Shown here: positions 52,414 through 64,000 of the stretch, piece after piece | Position numbering within the stretch: position 1 is the first letter of the stretch | Layout: the number at the start of each line of letters is the position of its first letter | Source of the DNA: Octopus sinensis | Lineage: Eukaryota | Reading direction: 5' to 3' | Length of the DNA: 64,000 nt | NCBI RefSeq assembly: GCF_006345805.1 | Contig: NC_043006.1 | Span: 36,828,001 to 36,892,000 of the forward strand | Translations under genes and position numbers: made by a program | Notes under the pieces: model-generated | Told to the model about the DNA's origin: nothing | The model's input: only the letters and a program-made list of their open reading frames with translations | The model's database searches: none

Positions 52414-52621
52414 CAGTAGCCCCTTGCCATATTGCGGTTCACCTATCGCGGTTTATTATTGAAGCTTACATCTATTCCTCCGTGATGTTGTTTTGCATTT
52501 ATAATAAAATAAATATGTACGAATTATAAAAATAATTTCAAAAAAATATACAGTTTCGCAGATTTTCACCTATTGCGAGGGGTTTTGGAACGTAACACCC
52601 GCGATAGTCGAGGGATTACTG
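52414..52621. mobile_element. pogo/Tigger-like MITE
   Basis: CAGTA..TACTG termini with TA TSD. Confidence 0.75.
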
Positions 52622-52881
52622 TATATTTCTTTCAATATGAATAAAGGAAAATACTTCAGAGAAGCGTTCTACCATGCTGAATTATTAGATATAAATATTG
52701 TAGGTTGCTACATATGTAATATACTGAATTGAACATTTTTCGTCCAAGCAATTAGATAATTAGGTGCAGATGTTGCTGTTAATATTCATTATAAACTGTT
52801 AGAGATGTGTTTGCTAAAAGGGATTCCTTGGAGACTCGTTTCTGAGGATCCAGATTAAGTAAAATGTTTTATAGCTGAGAT

Positions 52882-53462
52882 GAAGGTGCGTGGCCTAGTG
52901 ATTAGGGTGTGTCACTCACGATCGCAAGCCAGTAGTTTCGATTCCTGGGCCGGACAGCGCGTTGTGTTCTTGAGCAAAACACTTCTTTTCACATGGTTCC
53001 AATCCATTCGGCTGCAAATGGATAACCTTGCCACGGATTAGTCTTCCGGTCAGGTGGGGAATGTTGGCCTGCTTGCTTAGACAGCGGGGTGGCATCATTC
53101 GAAAGCTAAAAAGCGAACCATTTATTGTAATTTAACGTTACCCGTATAACGTCATTTTACATCACGTCATTTAGCGTTATTTACTATGACATTATTTAAC
53201 GTCATATAACGTCACGTCATTTAGCGTAATTTAACGTCATTTAACCTCATATCATTTAACGTCGTTTACCGTCACGTCATTTAACGTTATTCAACGCCAT
53301 TTAACGTTACGTAAATTAACATCATTTAACGTCACTTCATTTAGCGTAATTTAACGTCACCCATATAACGTCATTTTACATCACGCCATTTAACGTCGTT
53401 TACTGTAACGTTAAATGACCAGTGATGTATAACTATCTGATCGTCTGAGCGATCACCTGTTG
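52882..53462 (+). mobile_element. tRNA-headed SINE interrupted by an ACGT-rich minisatellite (53130-53416)
   Basis: TGGCCTAGTG A box, GTTTCGATTCC B box; ATTTAACGTC units. Confidence 0.7.
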
Positions 53463-54539
53463 GGATCCCAGTTACGTATACGCTATGGAAACCGTGTAAC
53501 CGCCTGTAAGAGTTCTTGGACTCGATACATTAATGTCAAGAGGGATTTTCTTTTTTTACAGACGGGACTGAAGGTAACTAGTTGTGGGAGCTCAAAAAGA
53601 TGACAAGATCAATTTATTGTGAATGGGGTTGGCATAGACGTGAGCAATGCAGAGTTTGCTTGTAATGGTTGGATGGTCAGAATAAATATACGACTTAAGA
53701 TATGCAGGGCCATAATAATGGGACAGTTATATAATAAATATATTCGGTTGTAGGATGCGATGTGAATGAAGTTTGGCTGCCGTTTCTAGCAATACTGTGT
53801 TGCAGTACCTCTTTGGCGAAATCAAGTATTGGCTTCAAATGTTGACAGAAGAGCAGTAATTTCGAGAGAAGGGTTATTCGATTACATCGAACCTAATGCT
53901 TAACTGGCATTTATTTTATTGACCCCGAAAGGATGAAGGGTAAAGTCGACCTCAGCGGAATTAGAACTCAGAATGCAAAGGCCTGACTAAATACTGTGAA
54001 GCATTTTCCCCGGCGCGCTAACGATTCTGTCAGCTTACCATTTTATTTAATGAATCAACAAATCTAATTTCAGTGAACGGGGAAGATAATCAGATGATGT
54101 AGGGGAGATAACTCAAACTAAAACGCATTCTTTCTATGATCGCCTCCCTTACTTGCTAACATTTGCCAGAATGATTCTTCTTCAAAATTACGTTAAGAAT
54201 GTCAGTGTCTGTGGAATACTCGGCCACATACAGTATTATTAGAGGAATTGAACGAAAAACTGCCATATTCATCATCGAAACTTTTTTTCTGTCACTATAA
54301 GCCGTGTAGTTTCGAGTTCAATCCCCCTGCATGACACCTTGGGCAGGTATCGAATTTTTGGCTTAAAGCCCAACAAAAAGACCATTAAATGTATTTATGG
54401 GGGGAAAGATATTGAAAAACATCAATACGTCAAACAAACGAGGGTGGTCGTGAGATATACTAAAGATAACAGCTAAATAGGCCTTAGATCAAGCACCAAC
54501 ATTTTGGTTTTTGCATAATCGTACAAAAATAAAAAAAAG

Positions 54540-54790
54540 TTATGGCGCACGTAAAGCAGAATTCCGCCGAATTTAGAGACGACACTGATTTGTTACGACT
54601 TTTCGTATACGAATACGTCTATGTAAACAATACAATTGAAGACAGGTAAAAGGTGTCTATGCATATACACCCATTACATATTTTTCTATCTTCGAACGCA
54701 TTGCTCACATAGACGTATTCGTATACAAAACGTCCTGAATTACGGTGTTGGTTCCAATTTCTGCAGAGGTAACTTTTTTAGGTGAAACGA
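54540..54790. repeat. Decayed inverted repeat / MITE
   Basis: TTTCGTATACGAATACGTCTATGT mirrored by ACATAGACGTATTCGTATACAAAA. Confidence 0.6.
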
Positions 54791-55409
54791 AAGTAAAAGT
54801 TGATAAATTAAAGGTTATCCTATGCTATAGATGATACATAGCTTTAATGTCACTTGATTATGACTGATAACATTCTTACTACGGACAATTACACTCAGGT
54901 ATGTCTGAGTGGCTTAGAAGATCGCTTTTTAACAACGGGGTTTTGTGTTCAGTCCCACTGCTTGGCTACTCAGGTATGTCTTCTACTATTGCCTAGAGCC
55001 GACCAAAACCTTGTGAGTGAATTTAGTAGACGGAAACTGTATAGAAGTACAGTAGACAGAAACTGTATGAAACATATATATATATACATATCTTAATTGT
55101 TTCAGTCATTAGGCTGCAGCCAAGCAATTTTTTAGTCGATTGAATCGACCTCAGAACTTATTTTCTTCAAACCTATCCTATCGGTTCATTTTGCCGAACC
55201 GCTAAGTTGTGGGGGACGTAAACACACCAACACCGTTTGTCAAGCGGTTGTGAGGGACAAACACACGCACTTATATACAACTAGCTTCTTTCAGTTTCCA
55301 CCTACCAAATCCACTCACAAGGCTTTGGTCAGCCCGAAGCTATAGTAGAACGCAAGTTTCTTACGACTCTATATTATACAGGGTGCTATTCCCTTATTTA
55401 ATATACAAG

Positions 55410-55690
55410 AAATGACTGTGGCAGAAAGGAGAGAAAGATTTACAGGTCATATCTTATAACTGCCTGAGGGACGAATACGCAAGATAGTTATACAAGGAGT
55501 ACTACCAGAGGGACGAAGGAAGACAGGCAGACACAAAGAGACATGGCGTACCACCATCAAAGAAGATCTGAAGCAACTTAGCATCATTTAAGAAGATGCA
55601 TGCAACAATGCTGAAAACTAGGATGACTAGAGACGTCTTGCTGTCTGATGCATGGGTTAGTTGTACAAAAAGAACTACGACTAAGGCGAG
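55410..55690 (+). pseudogene. RTE-type LINE 3' fragment
   Basis: GHIL..PEGRRKTGRHKETWRTTIKEDLKQL. Confidence 0.6.
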
Positions 55691-56389
55691 ATAATATGCA
55701 GGATTTTTGACTGCTATTTTTTGCACGTTAAGCAGTCACGTACAGGTCCCTCATTGATTCTTCATAGCCGTTGTAGTCATCGTTAAATATCAATTAAACA
55801 GCGCAGGAGATACACAGGACATATGTCTTTCACGTTCGTGCATCATATATGATACACATTCCCATTTTTCCCCCCTTCACCAGAGAAACTTGGGATTTGT
55901 GGAAAAGCTTTATATTATTCGGACTATACGAAACAAGGGCTGACTGAAAGTCCGAAAACAAACTAGGACGTTTAGGAGAAACTTATGAAAATGTTTTGGG
56001 CAGGCAAAGGGTAAAATTATCGCTAAATGGAATTTATTGCTTCGTAATAATGTTTACACAACAAAGTAATTCGTACAGGACAATTTTGTGATGTAGGGGA
56101 GATAACTCTAAGAAAAACACGCTTTGTCTGAGAGTTAATATTTCGTTGTAGCAAATTAAATCCTGTTGTATATTCCCCTATATTTTAAGTTTAAAATCCT
56201 ACTAGAAGCCCTCTTGGCCCCTTGCAATATTTAGTTTTGTCACCTGTTATATTCCGAGGTAAAATTCAGTCAAGGTTAACTTTGCCTTTCGTCCAGTCTT
56301 GGCACTAAGTACCAGTCAGATAATTAGTTAACTATGACCTTCACATCCAAAATCAGTCGGTTTATACCATCTTAGAAATTATTTAAAAT

Positions 56390-57165
56390 ATTCTTTTCTA
56401 CTCTAGGTATAAGGCCCGAAATTTTGGAGGAGGGGGCAGTCGATTAGATCGTTCCAGCACGAAACTGGTACTTAATTTGGCGACCCCTAAAGGATGAAAG
56501 GCAAAGTCGACCTCGGCGGAATTTGCATTCAGAACGTAAAGACAGACGAAATACCGCAAAGCTTTTCGCGTGCTAACGTTTCTTATTTCTTTAATGCCCA
56601 CAAGGGGCTAGACATAGAGAGGACAAACAAACGGATTAAGTCGATTACATCGACCCCAGTGCGTATCTGGTACCTACTTAATCGACCCCGAAAGGATGAA
56701 AGGCAAAGTCGACCTCGGCGGAATTTGAACTCAGAACGTAGCGGTAGACGAAATACCTATTTCTTTACTACCCACAAGGGGCTAAACACAGAGAGGACAA
56801 ACAAGGACAGACAAACGGAGTAAATCGATTATATCGACCCCAGTGCGTAATTGGTACTTATTTAATCGACCCCGAAAGGATGAAAGGCAAAATCGACCTC
56901 GGCGGAATTTGAACTCAGAACGTAACGGCAGTCGAAATACCTATTTCTTTACTACCCACAAGGGGCTAAACACAGAAGGGACAAACAAACAGATTAAGTC
57001 GATTACATCGATCCCAGTACGTAACTGGTACTTAATTTATCGACCCCAAAAGGATGAAAGGCAAAGTCGACCTCGACGGAATTTAAACTCAGAACGTAAC
57101 GGCAGACGAAATACGGCTACACATTTCGCCTGGTGTGCTAACGTTTCTGCCAGCTCGCCGCCTTA
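56390..57165 (-). mobile_element. Tandem array of four SINE D units
   Basis: Units of about 180 bp; only the rightmost has the full head. Confidence 0.9.
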
Positions 57166-59474
57166 AATTATTTCAAATACTGTTTATCATTTCCAGCTTT
57201 GACATCGTCTCTTACCTTGTCTCTCACGCTTTTCAACTTGGGAAAATGTTTTGTGCCAGCTTTAGAAACCATTTGTAATCAACATTATTTTTTTACTTGT
57301 TTCAATCATTTGACTGGCCAAGCTGGGGCACTACCTTCAATAATTTTTAGCTCAATGAACCTACTCCAGTACTTTTTAAAGCGTGGGACTTACTCAATTA
57401 GTCTCATTTGCCAAACTGCCAAATTACATGGAAGTAAACAAACCAACACCAGTCGTCAAGCTGTGGTGGAGGACAAATACAGACACAATATACATGACAG
57501 GTTTCTTTCAATTTGTCTAGTAAATCCACTTACAAGGCTTTAACTGGCCTGATATAATAGAAGACACTTGCCCAAAGTGCCAGACAGTGGGACTGAACTC
57601 AGAACCATCTGGTTGGAAAGCAAACATTTTACCACACAATCATGCTTGTATCTATTTGTTGGGAAAAAAAAAAGTTTTTAATTAAAAATTACCTAAAAAA
57701 AGTTGTGAAGAAATTAACATATCTGAAGGTAGCCGTGGAGATTTTTCATATGTGTGGGTGTGTGAGGCCTTAAAACAAGTACAAAAGAGACCAAGAATAA
57801 CCTCACAAATTCTGACCATAATTCATGTTGTCATCTAACAATGGTTCTCATATTGTTATTAAAATGTCAGATAAAGAACAGAGTGGTGAGTGCCATCATA
57901 ATTATGGACAAGAATTACTTGTAGATCCAAACTCTAATTAAAGAGAACGTGACAAAATAATTTTGGAAATGGAGGGAACAATACCAAATCTAAAATATTG
58001 TGGTCAGGGCAAAAAACACCTGTATTTCATGACCTTCTAAAAATTCCCTCCATTGCATTCAATGAGCAGTAGATATGAATGCTGTTTGGCTATTCATAAT
58101 CCATTCAGGGTGGTTTCTACTTCCTGTAGCTAAAAACCTGTGCTATTATATATAAAACTAAAGCCTTATGGGTGAATGTGCAAGGTGGAAACTGAAAGAA
58201 GCCCATTTTGTGTGTGTATCATATGTATATCTATGGGTATGTCTTTGTCCCCCACCACTGTCCAACAACAGGTGTTAGTTCATTTACATCCCCATACTAT
58301 AGTGGTTTGGCAAAAAAAGACCAACAGAGTGAACACTAAGTGTTAAAAAAACGTAAGTCCTGGGGTAGATTCATCCGATTAAAATTCTTCAGGGCAGTGC
58401 TCCAGTATGGCCATAGCCTAAAGGCTTGAAAAGAGAAGATATATGTGTGTATGTGCACGCACGTGTATCTTATTGTCTCCTTGCCTTGACTTTGTATGAT
58501 AGCGGTAAACGAGTATCACTGTGATCCAAGTGGTGTCCATTTCCAGACTTGCATGAAAATGTCTTCTGATCATGGGGAAATATATTACCTTAGTTGGTAA
58601 TAGGTGGTGGTTGGCGACAGGAAGGGCATCTGCCACAATAAGTTCAGTCCAACCCATGCAAGTACAGAAAAGGGGACATTAAAGGATGATGAGACAAAGA
58701 CATGTCAGCACACAATTACAAATTATCCCACTCTCATTCAAAAAGCCACACACAATTTTCACTTTGTCCAATCAAACACCATCATCATCGTCATTATTGT
58801 TATCTCATGCACACCAGTGCAATAAGGAATCAATATATTTGTTTGAGCTGATCACCCTCAGAAGTATGTATCAAGTAGGTGATGCAACCCTATTAACCCC
58901 TTCCACCTGGGCTCCTGAGCTGAAAAATAAATAGTTGCATTAACAGCTCAAGAATAATGATTGGAGGCAAAGTAATGGATGGAATTCATCATCGTCATAG
59001 TTTAATGTCCATTTTCCATGTTAGCAAGGGTTGGACAGTTTGACGGGAGCTGACCAGCCTCCATTTGTCTGTTTTGGCATGGTTTCTACAGCTGGATGCC
59101 CTTCCTAATGCCAACCACTTTACCGAGTGTTCTGGAATCTTTTTACGTGCCACAAATATGCAAAAGAAAAACTCAAAAGAACAACAGTAGACCTTTCTCT
59201 CAACCTTCCTATTTGTTCATCCAGATTACTATTTTCCTCATCACTTTCACCAGTTTGATTGTCAGAATCACTCTCATTGTCTGCATAAAGATAGACTTTG
59301 TCCAAAGAATAAAAATCCTCAATAATTTCCTCAACTGCAAAGTGTCTAGGCCTGTACTTGTTTACAAACTTTAGCGCTGGATTCATCACCTGCTTCTTCA
59401 CAAAATCGTTTTTTTCCTTCTGATTAAAAAAATAAAAAGACAACAGATTTGACAACAAAACTTCAAATAAAAAA

Positions 59475-60300
59475 AATAGTAGTAACGAAATTATTGTGTA
59501 AAGTGCTCAGGTGCACTACGACTCATCAAAGGTGCATGCACAGTACATAGAATTATGTACGAAAGTCAGGAAGGTGAACAGTGTATAAGTCATTATATTC
59601 ATGTATGCATGCGTATGGAGGTGGGGGTGGATATCAGGTGTAGTGTTGGCGAATTTCAGGAAGCATGGAGGTTTTAAAGGATGTAACATCTTGGCAACTA
59701 ACAGCAACTCTGAGTGTGAAAAAGTGTTTCCGAAAGTCATAGGAGCTGTGCTGTTTTCTGACTTTGTAGGCATGCCCACGTGTTAGAGACACATGGAGCT
59801 CAAAAAGGTGTTCAAGGTGGTTGTTGGCATGATGGTTAATAATTTTGTGGGTGTTTACTAAATCAGTTGCCAGATGTCAGAGCTTCAATGTATCTATGCC
59901 CAGGGAAGCAAGGCATTCAGAGTATGGTAGATGTTGGATGGAGGGTATTTGCTTGGTTGCATGTATTTTAGTCTAATTCTGTTTTAAGCATGCCACATAA
60001 CTCTTCTTAACTTTTTATTTTTTGGAATTTTCAGAAAATGTTTGAGAATTTATATTCTATATAGGGGAATTCATATGACTATGTAAAAAGGTATATGCTT
60101 GGTTGCACGTCTCTGAACTGTTTCCAAGGTCAATGTCCTGAGCTAGACTGGTGATACAAATTCCAAGTATGGCCGCACCATAGCCATATACAGCCTAAAA
60201 TAGATAGCTGGAGAGCAGCTGACAAAGATCTTGCTGAGTGATGCCAGTTGTCTAATTTCAGCATTTTATCTTCTGTTTCTGTGTGTGTTATTCATTACTG
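59475..60300 (-). pseudogene. CR1/L2-type LINE 3' remnant
   Basis: Minus LYMAMVRPYLEF..LETVQRRATK motif. Confidence 0.7.
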
Positions 60301-60459
60301 CTTTACTGGAGATCTGGTGGAGATTACATTTATCCAGTATACTAGGAACACAGTGCAATGAGGTTGAAGTTGCTTTTGAAAACCTAGTATTAACTATTTT
60401 GCTGATAGATAGCTAGATAGTTTAAGACAAGGTGAGAATCAGAAAAAAAGAAAATTAAA

Positions 60460-60545
60460 ATGCCCCTAGTGGATTTGAACTTGTCTTTGCAAGCTCCATC
60501 AGTAACTAGAATCTGATACACGTTATCCACTGGGTCATATCACTT
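60460..60545 (-). pseudogene. Highly decayed tRNA-like sequence
   Basis: Minus CCCAGTGGATAAC..GATTCTAG..AAGTTCAAATCC followed by T runs. Confidence 0.3.
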
Positions 60546-61803
60546 CTAAATAGTAATGGTGATAAGCCTTTCTACCATAGACACATGGTCAGGAATTTTG
60601 AGAGGTTTAGTTGATTATATTGACTCCAGTGCTTATCCCATAAGGATGAAATGTGGCTAACTATTTTATCCAGCATGCCATCCCCACCACCACCAAAAAC
60701 AACAACAACAACTGCCCTGATGCAGTACCAGGCAGTGGCTCTCATGGCTTTTGATTAACTGATTGGAAGTGTTATCATGTACATGTCTTGGTATGAAACA
60801 TGGGCTACAGCAAATGTTCTGCTCAATATCAGAGATTTACTTGTCAGTTGTTTGACCTTAATCAGTTAAACATGACCCTTAGAGGCTGGCGATATGTGCA
60901 TTTCTGATCACGAGCAGAAGTAGTTGGGGAGCATCATAGCCATGTGTTGAGAGGAATTCTTTGGGATTTGAATAATTCACCTCTGGAAATATGGGTGTTT
61001 CGTTCATCATCCTTAAACAAACCTTATTCAGGGACCTTTTGAGTGGAATGGGCTACTCAACCTGAAGAAAATTCCAACTGGGCTCCGCCTGCAAGGTCAT
61101 GCGCTGTTTATCCTGAGATGAGATCACCAGGTTGCGCACATATGGTTGTGATGTACGTGCCAGGTGTACCCTTATCAGACGGATAGGCATGGCGGGTATA
61201 TTGGGATTCGTATATTTGTACCCTAGTGTCACTTTGATGATATGTGTTGCTCTCTTACTACTACTACAAATAATAATAATTCAAAAAAGAAGAAGAAGGT
61301 AAGAGTTTTAATTACAATGAAAACTATGCGAATATGCAATGAATGAACACTTTAGTCATATTACAAGTGGGGGGAGGGGGTAAGTTTAAAAAAAATTGTA
61401 AAAAAAAAAAATATTTTAAAAAAATCCAAAATAAGAATTAAATAAATAATATAAAATAGGAATTAAAAAAAAACACTTCGAAAAATATACACATACAAAG
61501 CAAATTACATCTTTTTTTTTTCTTGTTTTGTGTTTATACAACTTATGGAACAAACTCATTTCCTGTATGTGTGAATGTATGCATATATACAAACATATAC
61601 ATACATGTGTGTATGTATGGATATATATGCATGTATATAAATACACACATACACATACATATATGTGTATGTGTGTGAAAGTATGTAGGTGTGTACATGT
61701 GTGTCTGTGTGTGTATATATTTCCATACAATAAAAAAAAAAACAGAGAAAAACTTAAAAAATACACCTCGATGCATGTGTTGTAAGTGTATATTATATTA
61801 TAT

Positions 61804-61850
<47 letters not shown>

Positions 61851-62294
61851 ATTAAATGATGATATATAAATAACATGTATCGTAGGTGCATACATACATT
61901 TTGTTTATATAAAACCTATACCAAAAGATTGTATGCAAGCAGCAGCTCAAGGCTTTGCTAACTGGCTGGTTATATGTGAAACCTTTTAGGCATAGGGTTT
62001 GTGACCCTATTCACCACATGCACACACATGCATGCATGCACACACACACACACGCATACATACACTTATTATATATACATTGGTTGGGTTTTTTTTTGTT
62101 GTTATCATGCCTTTCAAAACAAACCAGTCACTGATCACGAAAAAGATAGAGAAGGTGAGAGAGAAAGAGAGAGAGAGGTGGAGAGAGAAGAGAAAAATTA
62201 AACAAAAATTAAAAAAAAAAGTTTTCAGGAAGTAGAGTTATGTGTTACTGTCACGGTATGTATGAGAGAGAGAGTGTGTGTATGTGTGTGTGTA

Positions 62295-62330
<36 letters not shown>

Positions 62331-62530
62331 TCTGTATTTAAATGTACTACACTGCACTTGATGCTGTCTGAGTTGACTTATTGTCAAAAGTAAGCTATAG
62401 CATCTTTTGAGTTTTATTTTTTCATTAGATAATAAAATAAAATAATATTAACAATAATAATAATAATTAATAATAATATTAATAATAATAAAAATAATGT
62501 TTATAGTGCAAGTGCAGCATTGAAATGTGT

Positions 62531-62650
62531 TCATGAAACTTGGGTCAATGTAGTATTGGCACTCTCTAGGTCAACAACAGGTTCGCAGTGAATAGTAGTC
62601 AGACTCCTCATGGCAGGAGACAGCTTGTGTTGGATGCTTTGTATGTAGTT
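62531..62650 (-). CDS. Probable terminal coding exon of an unidentified gene
   Basis: Strong acceptor TTTTCTCTTCTTTATTTTTCAG; open frame NYIQSIQHKLSPAMRSLTTIHCEPVVDLESANTTLTQVS*; non-repetitive composition. Confidence 0.55.
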   Translation of the reverse strand, partial: NYIQSIQHKLSPAMRSLTTIHCEPVVDLESANTTLTQVS

Positions 62651-62889
62651 CTGAAAAATAAAGAAGAGAAAATTGAGACTTACTCAAACAAATGAAGAAG
62701 CAAACAAGCCTTGTACATATACAATTAGGGCCTCACATATGTATTATACAGTAGTGAGTTGAAAAACTTGAAAACCTCAACAAAGGACTTAAGAAGACAT
62801 CTCCAACTGCAGGAAATTTTAAAATCTAAAAATAAAAACAAACAGACAAAGCAGCAAATAATTCAAATAAGTTTAATTAATGGTACGTT

Positions 62890-63102
62890 ATTTACATTAT
62901 TTACATTTGACGGATATTCGTCCTCATCTTGTTTGTTGCTAACACGTTTCTGCCAGCCTTCATCAGGTGTCTTAGGGAAATTTTGAACCTGGGTTCTCAT
63001 TCCTAAGGTATTATTATTATTATTATTATTCAGGTCACTGTCTGGAATAGAACTCGGAATCTTAGGGTTAGTAGCCCGTGCTCTCAACCACTATGCCATA
63101 TA
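62890..63102 (-). mobile_element. tRNA-headed hammerhead SINE, stem II partly deleted
   Basis: Same head and tail as 2709-2930; GACACCTGATGAAGGCTGGCAGAAACGTGTT. Confidence 0.75.
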
Positions 63103-63698
63103 GAACTTTGATTAATGGGTCGATATTTTTGGAAAATGCTGACAATGAAGACTGGAGATGGTCAGGCGCTTAACTCTTTAGCATTCAGATTATTCTGTGA
63201 AAAGTAATTCATATTGCTTTGAATTAATCTTGTAACTTTGAAATTTCAATAATGTGCTTGTATATTTTTAGAATGACATTGTAGGGTAGTTGTGAAAGGT
63301 CGGATCTGGCTGGTTTGAACATGAAACAGAATATTTGGGACAGTTACAGCCACGTTATAAGGTAAAGGGTTAAAGCTAACAAGTGGAAGTAATAGATACA
63401 TTTTGGTCTTATAAACCTCTTTGTTAATTTCAGTTAGCTTTTGGAAATATTGAAGAATTCAATTAGAATTTAGTAGAATTTATTTTGCTTAACTTTGGAA
63501 TTTTGATGGAAGATTTCATTTAGATGATTTTAAAACAGGAATTTTTTTATCATACAGCTAGGAGCAGTCTTGGACAGATAGGTATCAAAAGGTTAAACAA
63601 CCTCTGCAAAGAATTTTCAAATCAGTTTAAGTGCAATCAGTTTATTCACACACACACGTATATATTGCAGACACAAACTGGATGTGTCACTTCCTCAC

Positions 63699-63755
63699 CT
63701 CTAATGACAGAAAGTAGTTGTCATTTCTTTCTATGCTGGCCAACTCTGACAAGCA
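63699..63755 (-). CDS. Candidate 57-nt internal exon (CLSELASIERNDNYFLSLE)
   Basis: GAG|GTGAGG donor, phase 0-0, in frame with 62531-62650; acceptor weak. Confidence 0.4.
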
Positions 63756-63924
63756 CTATTTTTAGACGAGTGCCTGGTTATCTAATATCCTGTGAGAAAC
63801 TGATTGGTAACATCAGTTGCAATCACTCTAAAATACTGTGTACTTCAATATATATATATATACGCACACACTAACTCACATATGGAAACACAAACAGACA
63901 AGCGGTGAACCGGCATAATCTTAC

Positions 63925-63953
63925 CTGTAATGACTTAAAACACAATTTTTTTT
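63925..63953 (-). CDS. Candidate 29-nt exon (KKLCFKSLQ)
   Basis: CAG|GTAAGA donor, phase compatible with 63699-63755; acceptor weak. Confidence 0.3.
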
Positions 63954-64000
63954 CTGGTATTTAAGTTTAAATAATAGATTAATTAACTAAATTATCTAAT

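Overview
AT-rich, microsatellite- and transposon-dense animal genomic DNA. The repeat families look like those of octopus (coleoid cephalopod) genomes; this is recognition, not a database result. Host genes are the last two coding exons of a core 1 beta-1,3-galactosyltransferase (C1GALT1/T-synthase, + strand, 4880-5559 and 9286-9612) and the probable 3' exons of an unidentified convergent gene (- strand, 62531-63953). The rest is nested mobile DNA: several tRNA-headed SINE families, mariner/hAT/pogo/Merlin-like MITEs and foldback elements, two non-autonomous Helitrons, a complete non-autonomous Gypsy-type LTR element (30793-33973), remnants of Gypsy integrase and of R4/Dong, HERO, CR1 and RTE LINEs, and a decayed tRNA-Asn. 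The most notable signal is a SINE that joins a tRNA-derived Pol III head to a Penelope-type minimal hammerhead ribozyme and occurs as inverted pairs. A second family carries a variant hammerhead-like core inside a Helitron. All coordinates were read by eye; TE boundaries are approximate unless a TSD is given.
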